Shown here: positions 1 to 12,086 of the stretch, piece by piece | How the letters are laid out: each line of letters begins with the position of its first letter | How positions within the stretch are numbered: position 1 is the first letter of the stretch | Assembly (NCBI GenBank): GCA_048013815.1 | Contig: CM106585.1 | Coordinates: 5,890,001-5,954,000, forward strand | Source of the DNA: Setoptus koraiensis | Lineage: Eukaryota > Animalia > Arthropoda | DNA: 64,000 bases | Reading direction: 5' to 3' | Position numbers and translations under genes: made by a program | The notes under the pieces: generated by a model | Told to the model about the DNA's origin: nothing | Databases searched by the model: none | Seen by the model: the letters and a program-made list of their open reading frames with translations, nothing else

Positions 1-1001
1 CAAACATTGTATCGCGTTGATAGAAGCACGCGTGTCATCAATAGATCAGCGCAAACGATTACAATCTGAAGAATTAGCTCCACTGTAATTGATCGATCAA
101 CATGCCTCTCGTGCCGGAGGCAGCCCAACTATGTCGGCGCGTCGTTACGTGACTAATCGAATCATTGGATTATCCAATCGGATATTACGTAATCATAATA
201 ATGATAAAAAGTGAAACAAGTTGCTTTATAACACCGTATGCGTAGTCTATGCGGAAGTATCAATGTATGATGCAATGGAGCACTATTGCCGGGGTAGTCA
301 CATAGTTGCGAATGTACTTTTTTGGCTCACTTGAATCAATAATTTTCTTGTATCCAACGAGATTCGTTCCCAGAAACTTCAGGCCGGTTGCTGTTTTTTG
401 CTGTCACTGGCACGGGCACTTTTTCTGTACTCGCCAAGGGGAAGTGCTGTTGTCGTCTGGTTGTGTGTCGTAGTTTGTGAGTCGCTGAATTACACTTACA
501 TGCTACTCACCTGTCAAATAACCACTCGTGTGCTGACAGTAGAGAGAGTGGTGGCGGGTAAAACCAAATAGGGAAAAATTGTTCCTTTTAGCAATGGTGT
601 CAAGACGAGCTAGCCAATATTTATTGCCTGGCTGGACAGAATGTGCGATTTATCGCCGTCATATCTATTTTCTCGGTCGTCGATAGCACTTTGTTTATCT
701 GATGTCAGTCTGGCGTATTTCACGTGTTTGCCTGATGTTTGTCACGACGCCACTTGGTGCAGATATTTTTTGGCGGCCACTGATAAGACGTGATTGCTCG
801 CATGGGCAGTTTAGCAATCACTATTTCAGATCACGATGGAAAAACTGGTCAGACAATCGCCATCGTTTAGTCAATCTCAAATTCACACGTTGCACCGGAG
901 AAAAATAAGTGAAAATTTTGATAAACGCCAGAGAGATTTGGAAGCCAGGCAAGATCCTCGAACAAAAAAGCGTCGCATTATGCGGATAAAAACAAACATT
1001 C

Positions 1002-1032
1002 GCCGAGACGCCGAGACGCCGAGACGCCGAGA
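1002..1032. repeat. 8-bp tandem repeat (GCCGAGAC) x about 4
   Basis: Read directly from the sequence. Confidence 0.85.
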
Positions 1033-1712
1033 TTTGCTGCCGAGATATCGCGCCCAATTCAAATCTGCTCGGAGCGCATGCGCAATAGCGTAACCGAAAA
1101 AGAAGATTTATTTACGCGAACGTCACAGGGGGACGAGTTCGGGGGTGGAGAGGCGTGTATGTTTATTTTGTGCATTCTTTGATTTATTGCGCGCAATAAG
1201 CGCACTCTGTTAGCCGCCTGTTGATGCAGCCGATGACCTCACTCTTTCTGTGGCCAACTGGAATTGTATCAATTTGTTTGTTTTTCATCAATGAATTACC
1301 ATACTATTACTATTATTATCACCAAACAATATCAACTGACCACACAAATATACGCACATTTATAACGGCACCCCTGGGCTGGATTCTCATGCACGGAAAC
1401 ACAGGGCAAGAATATATTATTGAGAGCACAACTGGACAACGACGCAAATTTTAATATCCAACTGGCCTCTTTCTCACAATTATCTCTCCCTAAGCAATTC
1501 CGTCGGCTCAAAACGGACATCGTGCCCGGACAACATTTCTGACTGAGACAGCAGCATATCAATTTGCATATCGCCCCTCTTTGGTGGCTTCTATTCCCAC
1601 CTTTCGACACTACAAACGATCAGTATTAGCAACCAAGCGGCAGCACAAATCCAAAGCCACGTTACACAGCACTCATCACAACAGTACGAGCATCAGATGG
1701 CCAGCATGAATT

Positions 1713-2690
1713 ATGGGTACGTTAGAATTGGAAACTATTAAAAACTATTTATTGAAAATCGGCTACAAGATAGAATATCAATATCTGGTGCACGATTTCA
1801 AACAGTTTCTCTGCAATCCCGACCCGCAGCTTCAAGCACAAATACGCAATCAATTCAAAGATTATGTAAATAGACTGGCAACTGTGTCCATCGAAGATGG
1901 CAAGAAATTCATCATACTTAGGTCCGAGTTTCGGCCACCAAAACCACCGCCCAGACGACACCAAAGCACTAGATCTACTTATGATCAAGTGCCAGCACCT
2001 GTTGAGAAACTAAGAGAAATACACGATCTGGCCAAAAAGAGCCCGGGTAGGGTCAAGGAACATACAATCAAATTGAATTCAATTGCCTCTAATATCGATT
2101 TGAGACATCTAATGCCTAGGAGCAATAGTCAAACCCTCATAATGGCTAAAGAAAACAATTGCAACGGATTCTCTAATGGCACAAACAATAACTCACACTA
2201 TGTCAATCGTGCTATTGTCCAAAGAAGTGCTTCACATTCCATTAGTAGGTCGCGCTCTATCAGCACAACTAAAAAAGATGATAGTGATTCTGGTTCCATG
2301 CAACCACTAGATCCAATCAGGAGAAAATGGATGATTGTGTCATGCAAATGTGATTACAACGGTTTATTGACATTGCTAAGAGAGGATCCTAAATTGGCCT
2401 CATTCAAAGATTTCTCTAATGGTTACACAGCTTTACATTGGGCGGCAAAATTCGGCAATACCGACATCATCAAGTTGATTGCCGGAGCTTATGGAGTCTC
2501 AACAAATATCAGATCACATGGTGGCTATACACCATTGCATTTGGCGACAATGTTCAATAGGGCGGATGTCATGGATCTATTGATCAAAACGTATCATGCT
2601 GATCCAAACGTCCGCGACCACAACGGCAGAAAGCCTATACATTATTTACACGCAACCATTACAAGGCATTCTTTGAAGTTGACATATTGA
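1713..2690 (+). CDS. sowah: Sosondowah (SOWAH)-like ankyrin repeat protein, 325 aa, intronless
   Basis: C-terminal ankyrin repeats (GYTALHWAAKFGN, GGYTPLHLATMFN, DPNVRDHNGRKPIHYL) preceded by LDPIRRKWMIVSCKCD. The N-terminal block (IKNYLLKIGYKIEYQYLVHDFKQFL...FKDYVNRLATV...KFIILR) resembles the SOWAH N-terminal domain. Recognised from memory, no database search. Confidence 0.85.
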   Translation: MGTLELETIKNYLLKIGYKIEYQYLVHDFKQFLCNPDPQLQAQIRNQFKDYVNRLATVSIEDGKKFIILRSEFRPPKPPPRRHQSTRSTYDQVPAPVEKLREIHDLAKKSPGRVKEHTIKLNSIASNIDLRHLMPRSNSQTLIMAKENNCNGFSNGTNNNSHYVNRAIVQRSASHSISRSRSISTTKKDDSDSGSMQPLDPIRRKWMIVSCKCDYNGLLTLLREDPKLASFKDFSNGYTALHWAAKFGNTDIIKLIAGAYGVSTNIRSHGGYTPLHLATMFNRADVMDLLIKTYHADPNVRDHNGRKPIHYLHATITRHSLKLTY

Positions 2691-3201
2691 TAATTTTTTC
2701 TTGTATTATATAAACTTCTGCTCCTAAAGCTTTTAGTGTTTCATGCTGCTTCCTTAGCATTTGAAATAATTCATCTGTGTCGCGTGGCCTCTTGACATTT
2801 TCCAAGCACATCTGCAGCTCTTTAATTTGTTCGTTATAGCAGGTCATCTTTGCATCAAATTGGGCAGCTAATTCGCTAAAATATTGAGAGGTAGAGGTGT
2901 GAAATTTGAGTACACTGTAAGCCATTTCAGCGTTTCTGACAAGTTTTACAGTTTCATTGCGCAATTGTTGCAGCATTTGAGCATTCCTATGTGAATCGAT
3001 ATCAACTTTCTGTAGTGCGGGCATTAGATTTTCCTCTATTTCTTTCTCAACCTCTAGAATGGGCTTAATCGAGAAACGTTGGTGAGAGTTTTCCTCACGG
3101 AATGCCTTTTGTTCTCTAACATATTTCTTAAATGAATCCACAAGCATGAGCAGATCACTAGGTAATTTCTCCAATTCTCTAACGTTTGACATCATGGACA
3201 T
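2659..3201 (-). CDS. Nup58: Nucleoporin p58/p45 (Nup58)-like coiled-coil core, 180 aa, no FG repeats
   Basis: LPSDLLMLVDSFKKYVREQK, LRNETVKLVRNAEMA, QYFSELAAQFDAKMTCYNEQIKELQ and KQHETLKALGAEVYIIQEKI follow the order and spacing of the Nup58 helical core (LPPVICQDVENLQKFVKEQK...LKIETAQELKNAEIA...DYFRILVQQFEVQLQQYRQQIEELE...IYQTFVALAAQLQSIHENV, recalled). Confidence 0.7.
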   Translation of the reverse strand: MSMMSNVRELEKLPSDLLMLVDSFKKYVREQKAFREENSHQRFSIKPILEVEKEIEENLMPALQKVDIDSHRNAQMLQQLRNETVKLVRNAEMAYSVLKFHTSTSQYFSELAAQFDAKMTCYNEQIKELQMCLENVKRPRDTDELFQMLRKQHETLKALGAEVYIIQEKIINMSTSKNAL

Positions 3202-4220
3202 TTGATGCCCCCGTACGTGGTCGGTGTCCCTTGTTGTTAAATTTAATGTGATTTGACTTTTGAGGCAATTGTTCTAATAAGATCAATCAGTAAATGGGAA
3301 ATGGATATATGGTGTAAATGATATGTCAATGTGATGATACGAGTAAAAGTTGTTGGGGGTTTTATGAAATGATGATACATCTTGTAGCCCGCTCTCGAGC
3401 TTCAACACATGTTCAAATTTGAAAAGCAAGAGAGATCCATTGCGCACGCGCCAATGTCAGTGGCGCTCCTTTCAAATAATTTACAAGTCTCCAACTTGGC
3501 AAGATCACTAGGTGGCGGACATGCTCAAATAGGGGCCCATTTGCGACGACGCGCGAGCTTAAGCTAGCAAAGGTCGAATTTTGTCGGACGCAAGCATGTA
3601 TGAATAATAGAGGGGCCCCCTGTGTGTCATGCACTATATGGAGGCACATATAGATACAGCAAAAGTGTGGGGCTCGAGATTTAGTTGAGTGGTGGCGCAT
3701 GCTCGCGGTGTAGGCCAAATGAAAGAAGAGATCTAGATGCCGTTGCTGGATGTGTATTGCTGGAGCCATGAGCGACTAACAAACCGGCAAATCTATCGTG
3801 GGTTTTTGGCCTCGATCTACTACTATTGGCTTTCATCCTGTGTGTGTAGAAAACTTGTGACGAAACATTCACGTTTTGTCCTCACATCAGCTCACATCGG
3901 GTTTGTTGTGTGTAATATCGCGCGCGAACCCCAAACAAATACTGCTTGTACGTTGAGTGAAATTCACCATCAAAAAGTTGTCGCCCACAATTCCAATCAT
4001 CAGCATCATGAAAAGACAACATTTTTGTTATATGATATGATATCAGCTATATTACACAATGAAGAAACTCACAATGATAATTGTCATCATCAGATGATTC
4101 GGCCCTCAATTAAGTAGCCCCATCAGCGGTGATCTGACAGCGCTGCTCACAGCGTAGTAAAGTGGGGCCCCCACATTATTGTATTGTTCGTGCAAATAAT
4201 TAGTACCGACATCGATTGTT

Positions 4221-4488
4221 ATGTTTAGCATGAAGATGATGCCTTCAGCGCGAAGAGTAATAATATTGTGTGAGAAAAGGACACATGGGCGCGCATCATG
4301 GCATCTTTTGTTTGCCTTGTTGATGCTGGCCGAAAGGGCACAAATATTCGAGTGCGACTCACAAAGATCCTCAAGCCATCAAATAGATTATCAATTATCT
4401 TCGTTACCGTCGGAAGCGCCAGAAGTGGCAGCACCCCCGTCATCGAGCGCTCTGAAACGCGCCAAGCGCGACATGTCAGACATTGGAG
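4221..4488 (+). CDS. Dscam: Putative first coding exon of Dscam: signal peptide, Ser/Pro/Ala linker and furin-type site
   Basis: ATG at 4221, hydrophobic core WHLLFALLMLA, RAKR motif, strong donor G|GTAAGT at 4488/4489 in phase 1, compatible with the phase-1 acceptor at 26536. The link to Dscam is inferred across 22 kb. Confidence 0.6.
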
Positions 4489-7400
4489 GTAAGTCACTGC
4501 GTAGTAATTGCTGGTCGGTTAGTTTACATTTTGTTTAATTTGCGTCAAGTTGTGTGTCTGTTTGAATGGTGAATCGCAAGTGGGTTTGATATAGAGCTAA
4601 TGTCAGTCAATGTGTTGGAAATCGCATTGTCGAGCCGAGACGCACACTGCCAACGATTGTATTCGAGTGCCAAAAATCACCTGAGTATCGGCTCGTGTTG
4701 CAATTCAAACTACGGCGTTGATTGGCAAGCGACATATTTTGCCTTCGTCCTGTAACTGCGCCGTGTTGGCCCCATACGTCAATTAGCTTTTTCGAGCCAC
4801 GGCTAACAGTATCGCCGCGCGACTTGAGACGGCGGCCACTAGGGGCACTGTCGTTGTTGATGTTCGCGAATTTAAAATGACCATAATCACGCCGGTGCCG
4901 TAACACGACCACATCACCGTTGCGTCACCGTTGCGTCGCCGTTGGGTCGCCGTTGCATCGTATCGAGCGCAGAAAACGTGAAATGAAATCAGGGCAAAAC
5001 ACGGCCAAAGCAACGACGAGAGGTTTTGTAACCAGATTAAGTTTGGGGCCAGCAGAGTGTTGGGCCGTGTGTCTGCTTTTGAGGCACGCACATAGAAGCG
5101 AAGTTGGCGCTGACAAGACGGGGCGCAAATCTAGTTATAAGTCAGTTGGTCAGCCGGCCGGCTTATTGAGCCAGTTGTGCGGACACTCGACCAATTCAAC
5201 GTTGTATGTGTGTAAACTTTGTCGACTTTCTACACAATCCAATAAATGACACACTGAATGTTTGTGCAAACTGGGGGCTCTTTGTGTTGCGTTGCGACAC
5301 AAGTGCATTTACTTTAGCTACTAGTAGTGGCGGCAGTAGTGGCCTGCAAGTGTCTATGCAAAGTTACACAATCTCTCTTGTTGTTGTTGCCGTTGCGTCA
5401 TTCAACGGTTTGACACTTGTCAGCTGACTGGGCTTTGAACGCGCGCGCACACAAACACACACTTTTGGGCCCAAAGTTTGGGCCTCACAGCGAGCAGATA
5501 TCAGCAGTTTGTTGCTGGCCAACAACAAAGTTGACCAACAAACTGCTGTCACAGTTTGTGCTGGCGCTGGCACGAGCTGTGACGCAATCAGCGAGCATGT
5601 GATACAAATGTCAAATGTAAATGAGAGCTCGTGTGTGTTTATCTCTTGCTTGCTGGCTGTTGTGTTGTCCGGTTCACAAGCCATTGAGACTGTCGCTGGT
5701 ATTTGGTTCCTCTATCAAGTATCAATTGTCATTGGTGCGCACTTGCATACGTAATGACTGGCCACTGTTGCGTTGACACACAAAGAGCGCTGCGCACAAA
5801 TCACAATGCCAAGACAATGACCATTGATATCTTTATCTCGCCACAGGCCGCTGCCATTGGCAAGTCTGGCGAGCGAGCCCTCACTATGGCTCAAGTCGGC
5901 TCCATTTGGCCCCAGTCGCCTCAGTCGGCTCCAGTCGGCTCCGGTCGGCGCGCCGGCAGACGTTGAGTAATGATCGCCGGCCACTAGTTATAATAAATAA
6001 TTATAACGCGCACACACACACACAATTATAATGCGTCCGTTACATAACTTGTGACTCACGACACAGCGGGCGCATTATTATGTAATGACAGCATTGCATA
6101 TTTGCATCTTTCAAATGAGATAGCGCGCGAATTCATTGTGCGCACTTTATCATTGTGTGTCGGCCAGCTTGTCCAAGTGTCTTGTTTGGCCATCAATGGT
6201 CACCATTGGTCACCAATGGTCGCTAATGCCAACTTGATGCGACCCAATGGCCGCTGATAACCGTCGAGCAACTTGAGCCAGCCAGCCAGCCAGCCAGCGT
6301 CGAGCTCGACAATGCGCGAGTGAGCGACGAAAGTGGCCAAAATCAAATGAAAATCAGATGAAAATCAAGCGAGAATCAACGCGAGAACCAAACGAGAACC
6401 AAACGAGAACCGAACGAGAATAAACGCGAAAATCAGCCATTAATTGTCGTGCACCGGCCAGCGCGAATCTCATTTCCATTTTGCATTTGGGCGGCACCGC
6501 AAGCGACTTGGCAAGCGAGCTGGCAAGCGAGCGCGATTGTGGGGCGACCTGCGAAACTGAATGGACGCGCCGTGCAAACGCAATTGACACACTCGCCAAC
6601 CAAGATCTCGGCGACCAGAGAATAGACGCATTCTCCGTTTGGGGCCCCGGTCGCCTCACTGGCGTATGTATATAGCGAGGTACATGCATTCGCATATGTT
6701 TACATATAGCATAGAATGGTGTGGCCGTGTACATGTAGCGAGCACATTATACAGACGAGATCAACAAGATAGACTCCATCGTCTATCATGTTGTCTCCAC
6801 TGCCACCTAATAATGCCATTACGTAACCAGCCAGCCAGCCAGCCAGCCAGACGTTGCGTTTTAAGCTTCTTATGTTGCCGTTATAAGTTATAAGTTGTAT
6901 GTTGCTTGCTTGTATTACCGGCGCTCGTGTTACCCGCGCTTGTGTTACTGGCGCTTGTATTACGCGCGCGCGCCGGGGCCCCATTCGGCAATGCGAGCCT
7001 TTGGCGCTCGCTTCTGGCGCTCGTTTCTGGAGCTCGCTTCTCGCACTTGCACTCGTTGCACTTTGGGACGCGCCGGGCAGAATTTTCAAACAAACTCCCA
7101 GAGAGCGGCGCCGCTTGCACGGGACCGACCCGACGAGCCGGCCCCACTGGCACCAGCCAGCGCGGCCGGCAGCTGAGCCGCACCGAATTGAAAGGCGCAC
7201 TGCGCGGCTCGTGTGCAGCGGGCGACGACTCGATAATCGATATGTAAATGATGCAAACAAGACGATGATCAGCGCAAACATAAACTGACGCAAAGTGCAC
7301 CGATTGTTTCCACTCGAGATGTTGTGTTGTTTTGGTCGTCGTCCGCTCTATGGTTCGCCGAACGTCTTGGCGGCGACGCGCACACGCACACACACACTTT

Positions 7401-7822
7401 TGAAGTAACTCAGTGTGCTGGCCGGTGGGGCCCCCCCATTCACTGAATCGGGGGGAATGAGTATGAATCTCGTTGCAAGTCGGCAACGTTCAGTCGGTTT
7501 GTTACGTAACGTGCGCGCCGCACTGCATTAGCCAGTTACATAATAACAACAAGCGCCAGTTATTGTATAACTGTGGCTCGCTGTTGCCGTGATTTGCTGC
7601 CTGAAAACACTGGCATAAAGTTACTCTGTTCAACACAGTGCGTTGGCCTCTATTTCGTGTTTATTTGATTTGTGTGCGCGGCGCGCACAATTATAATAAT
7701 GATTTGTCAACTGCAACGCCCCTACTGGCCGATGCCGCCGACATTGCATTGCGACATTCTATTAGCACTCAACACTGGACGCCGTTGCACGTGCTCAATC
7801 CTCAAGACTGTACGTGCCGGCG

Positions 7823-7938
7823 CGGGTTGAGCCTACCGCGGGTTGAGCCTGCCACGGGTTGAGTTTGCCACGGGTTGAGCCTGCCACGGGTTGAGTTTGC
7901 CACGGGTTGAGCCTGCCACGGGTTGAGCTTGCCACGGG
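7823..7938. repeat. 16-bp minisatellite (CGGGTTGAG[CT][CT]TGCCA) x about 7
   Basis: Read directly. It explains the repetitive ORFs at 7802-8147. Confidence 0.9.
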
Positions 7939-8859
7939 CCCACATGTATCCCGAACGTCCTGCAATCCAAATATGTGTCCCAATGTGTCGAGCTTGCCGA
8001 CACATTTGGGGATGTTTGCATTTTGGGGACATTTGCGCGTCGGGGATGTTTGCGTTTTGGGGACGTTTGCGCGTCGGGGACGTTTGCGTTTTGGGGATGT
8101 TGGCCTGCGTGGACAGTGCAGGCGAGATACAGCGTTGCGATCATCATTTAGGGGCTCGCCGGCCCCGGAAACGGCGCCGCCGATGATTGATTTGTCCGCT
8201 TTGGTGGGCCCCCCATTTGCATGCGACGGCCGCCTGCGGCCCGAACGGGGCCACACGGGGCCGAACGGGGCCGAACGGGGCCAAGCGGCACAAAGAGAAG
8301 CCAGCGACGGTGCGGGCGCCGCGGGACGGGTTGACACGAGCGAGCATAATCATTGATCATTGTGCGCCACTTAATTACCTGGCCACGAGCTTGCACGAGT
8401 TCGCTTGTGCCAGCTCGTGGCCAGGCTTTTGTAGCGCTGTTTGCATGCCTATTACAGGTGAGTAACGGTGTGTGGGGGCGCTGGCGGCGCCGATATTAAC
8501 GAATGTGCTAATGTTTGCATCACGTGCATATCGCACGCGCAATATCGGCGCAGCTCGAAAGCGAGCCAAACCGAGAGGCACGGCTGACACAAGCCGCCGC
8601 TTTTAGCCGGCTAAACAAGCGACAGACAGTGAACAAGTGACACAACATTTGTGAGCAAATGAACAAGTGCAATGAACAACAAAAGCTAAATTAAATAGCG
8701 CCATCACTATTCATCGCGCACGATAAGTAAATCAGTTGCGTAACTGGAGCCGCGCTTAATGATGCGCTATTAGGCACGCTGTGCGCCGCCATTTACCTGT
8801 ACAACTGTTAATAAAACTGTGCCAGATACCGTGTTACATAATAGCGGCGCACACATAGC

Positions 8860-9330
8860 TAACGGGATATATACGGATATATACGGATATATACGGGTAT
8901 ATACGGGTATATACAGGGGGCACATGATGGGCACACATGGGCGCATAACGGGCATATAACGGGCACATAACGGGCCTAAAACGGGCATATAACGGGCACA
9001 TAACGGGTATACAAGGGGATATAACGGGTATACAAGGGGATATAACGGGTATACAAGGGGATATAACGGGTATACAAGGGGATATAACGGGTATACAAGG
9101 GGATATAACGGGTATACAAGGGGATATAACGGGCATATAACGGGTAAACGAGGGCGCGTAACGGGCATATAACGGGTAGACGAGGGGATTGATAACGGGC
9201 ACGTGACGCGGCATAACAGGTATATAAAAACGGGTATATTGAAACGGGTATAATGAAACGGGTATAATGAAACGGGTATAATGAAACGGGTATATTGAAA
9301 CGGGTATATTAAAACGGGTACACTAAAACA
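8860..9330. repeat. Compound minisatellite on an ACGGG(T/C)ATA core, including 6 copies of a 21-bp unit at 9003-9128
   Basis: ACGGGTATACAAGGGGATATA x6, flanked by shorter (about 9-14 bp) variants of the same core. Confidence 0.92.
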
Positions 9331-11987
9331 AGTATATTAAGACAGTTATATAATAACAGGTGAATGCAAATGCGCACAATGCCACCCAATGCCAATCGCC
9401 CCAGCGACCATCTCGCTGTCACCTGTGCGCACTGCGACAGTGCGCCAAACTCGCTCGCGCCCCATGCCCGCCACTATCAATAATAGCCAGCTAGCCATTA
9501 TTGATAGTGGCGGATAAACGGTGCAACCTGCATACAATACCACTCGTCCTAATGATCCGCTGGCCGGCTAATCTGGGCGCCGATCTCACCTGAACGGTGA
9601 TCTGATTAGCCGATCGGCGACACGTCGAGTGCCATCGATGCCCGCTCGCTCGCCCCATTGCGCAAATAATAACGGATAAGGGATCTTTGCACGAGCTCAC
9701 TTTGTTTCGCTCGCCCGCGCTCCGACTGTCGCCGCCCGCCCGTCGCCGCCCGCCCGTCGCCGCTCGAATCCCGGGGGCCCCGGACCTCGCTCTGTCCCGT
9801 CCCTGACTCAGAGACTCTGAGGCGGCCACTGCCGCTGCCATTACCACTGCCCTGGCACACATTATAAAGTCGACGATGATTTTTTTACCTCTGGGCCCCA
9901 GAGTCTGGGGCCGTCATCGCGCCTGCCGGTACCCGATCGAGTTTATCGCCCGTCCGATCGCTCGCCGTCGCACGCCGGCCCGCGCTGCACAGCGGCCAAC
10001 GGCCATTGGCGCCACCGGCACCGCCGTGCCGCTGCCGGCGCCAGAGCGGGTCTGTCATAACCATAACAGGGTCGCCTCCATTCATTCAGTGCGGGCATCT
10101 CGGACGCAACCCGACCGGTGTTTGCGAGCTAACCTTCGCCATCCGCCGTGCGGGCGCCCGCCCGGCGCTACATCGGTCCGTCGCAATGCAATTACACGCA
10201 GGGCGTGTCAACGAGACGGACGGGGCGCGCTCGCTCAGCAGCACGTTGCATTATGATCATGGTCCGTCTTCGTTCTCCACGGTGCCGTGTGCGGTTGCTT
10301 GTGTCGGGCCCGGGTATGGCCGGCGCGCGTTCGCGGGCCCCATACAAACGGAGCAGACTGCGGGCCAGATATTGTGTGCTTCATTCTTCATTGTTTTGAG
10401 TGGGCCCAAAAGAACTTGAAATTGGTGTCGCTGTCGCCGCTTGTTTGTTGTTTTTTGTCGGGCCCATTTTGTCGGGCTTGCCGCTGCTTAATGGCCGCGG
10501 CCACGGTAAACCGCCGATATATCCGGCCCAGCCGCTGTCGTCGCGCCTATATGCCCGCCAGCACATGTCGCCTTAGCGCCTGACACGGGCACGTTAGTGC
10601 GCTCGGGCGGCCCCGCTGCGGACGGCGCGCACGCCCTGGGACAACCGGGCCGGCCGATGCCCCGTCGTGCGCCAAACACGAGAGCCGAGACTCTTGAAGA
10701 GTCGGCACTGTCGACCGCTCCGGCCCGCACAATGCCCCTAATTGCCCGTCTATTTTTGCACCATCTCCTTGGCATTCGCTCGCACTCTGGCCCCATCCGC
10801 TCGCATTCCCGCTCGCCGGGTCTGGCCGGGTCCGGCCGGGCCAGACGATCGCGCTCGGCCGACGGGCCCCAGCGAGCCGGCGCCCACGAGCGCGGCCCGA
10901 GCGCGGCCTGAGCGCGGCCAAGAACAAAACACAAATTGCGCACTCCGCCGAGCCATTTATATCATCGCGGGCCCGTCGTCGCTGGCGTTGTTCTTCTGCC
11001 GAGAGCCAAGATTGCGATCTGACTGTCGGATTCGCGCGACGCTCTCAGCGGCCAGCATATATATGTGGGGCCCCATATATATGTGTGTGTGTGTGTGCCA
11101 TGCAACTTGATATATATTCATATTCATCACTCTCGCGCTCGGCGCGCCTCGCTCACTTGATCTGGCGTCGACATCATCTAAAAGCGTCAAACTTGCACCA
11201 ACAAACACGGCCCCTCAACAACGCCCGGCGACACCCGCAACAGCGCTGCACTTAGATGAGAATTATCCCTCTTAGAATGGGGCCTCTCTCTTCTAATGGG
11301 CCCACCACTCGGTCTCTGTGTGTCGCCGCTGCGCGTCGCGCTATGCGGCCCGCGCCGGCCTATATGTGCGAGGGGCCCATGGCGAGGGCCCGTAGCGAGA
11401 GGCCCGTCGCGAGGAGCCGGGCGATTTACATTGAGCCGTCGGACGGTCGCGCGAGGGTGACATATATATTTGTGTGTGTGAGCGAGTTGGTTGTTGGCAA
11501 CCAGTTTTGCTCGAAATCTCCAAAGTTCAATTTGCGTTTCTGCGGCGCCACTGACCGATGCGAGCGCCAGTCTCCATTTCATCGCACTCGCCACACTCGC
11601 CTCGCTCGCCACGCTGGGCCCCTTGGAATCTGATACCCGTTGCGGCCCGGTCCAAGATGAAACCGGATCTGGGCGGCGGCGGCGGCCGCACTCACCTGTG
11701 TCGTCGGGCAAAGTGTGCGGCCGAACGGCGCACAATTAGTCTAGTGGCCGCACCGCGCTATTTGGGGGCGCTACGCCAATGGTGGCGGTTAGTTAAAAAA
11801 TCGGCCGCCACGCCGCGCATGGCGTATCTCTTGCATCGCTTATATCGGATATATTTTATGTTTTGAGCATGTCTTGGCCACAATCATCGGCCCCTGTCAC
11901 GCCGCGTCGATCGGGACGCGTCGACTCCACACGGGACACGGCCGTCGCTTTTCAGCTCCGCCGGGTCCCGTGTGGGGTCGTGCACCT

Positions 11988-12086
11988 GTACATGTACCCA
12001 TGCATGTACCCATACATGTGCCCTTATATGTACCCTTACATGTGCCCTTGCATGTGCCCTCATATGTGCCCTCACATGTGCCCATA
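11988..12086. repeat. Degenerate 12-bp repeat (ATGT[AG]CCC....)
   Basis: Read directly. It produces the YPCM/CPYM periodicity in the ORF track. Confidence 0.8.

Noticed and set aside
1-700. Possible minus-strand exons (donor CAG|GTGAGT near 510; hydrophobic frame near 1-90)
   Set aside because: No coherent gene model or recognisable protein could be built within the window.
7061-7120. RRAEFSNKLPESGAAC as a remnant of Dscam Ig1 (R.EFSN..GA..C)
   Set aside because: The similarity is only a few residues, the downstream GxPxPxIxW is absent, and no convincing splice sites flank it.
8435-8463. Strong-looking donor TACAG|GTGAGT at 8457 as a Dscam micro-exon
   Set aside because: No reading frame upstream resembles Dscam, and the best acceptor gives a 23-nt exon that would break phase-1 symmetry.
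7823-9330. Minisatellites as a CRISPR array or telomeric repeat
   Set aside because: There are no unique spacers, the context is eukaryotic, and the units are not TTAGG-type.
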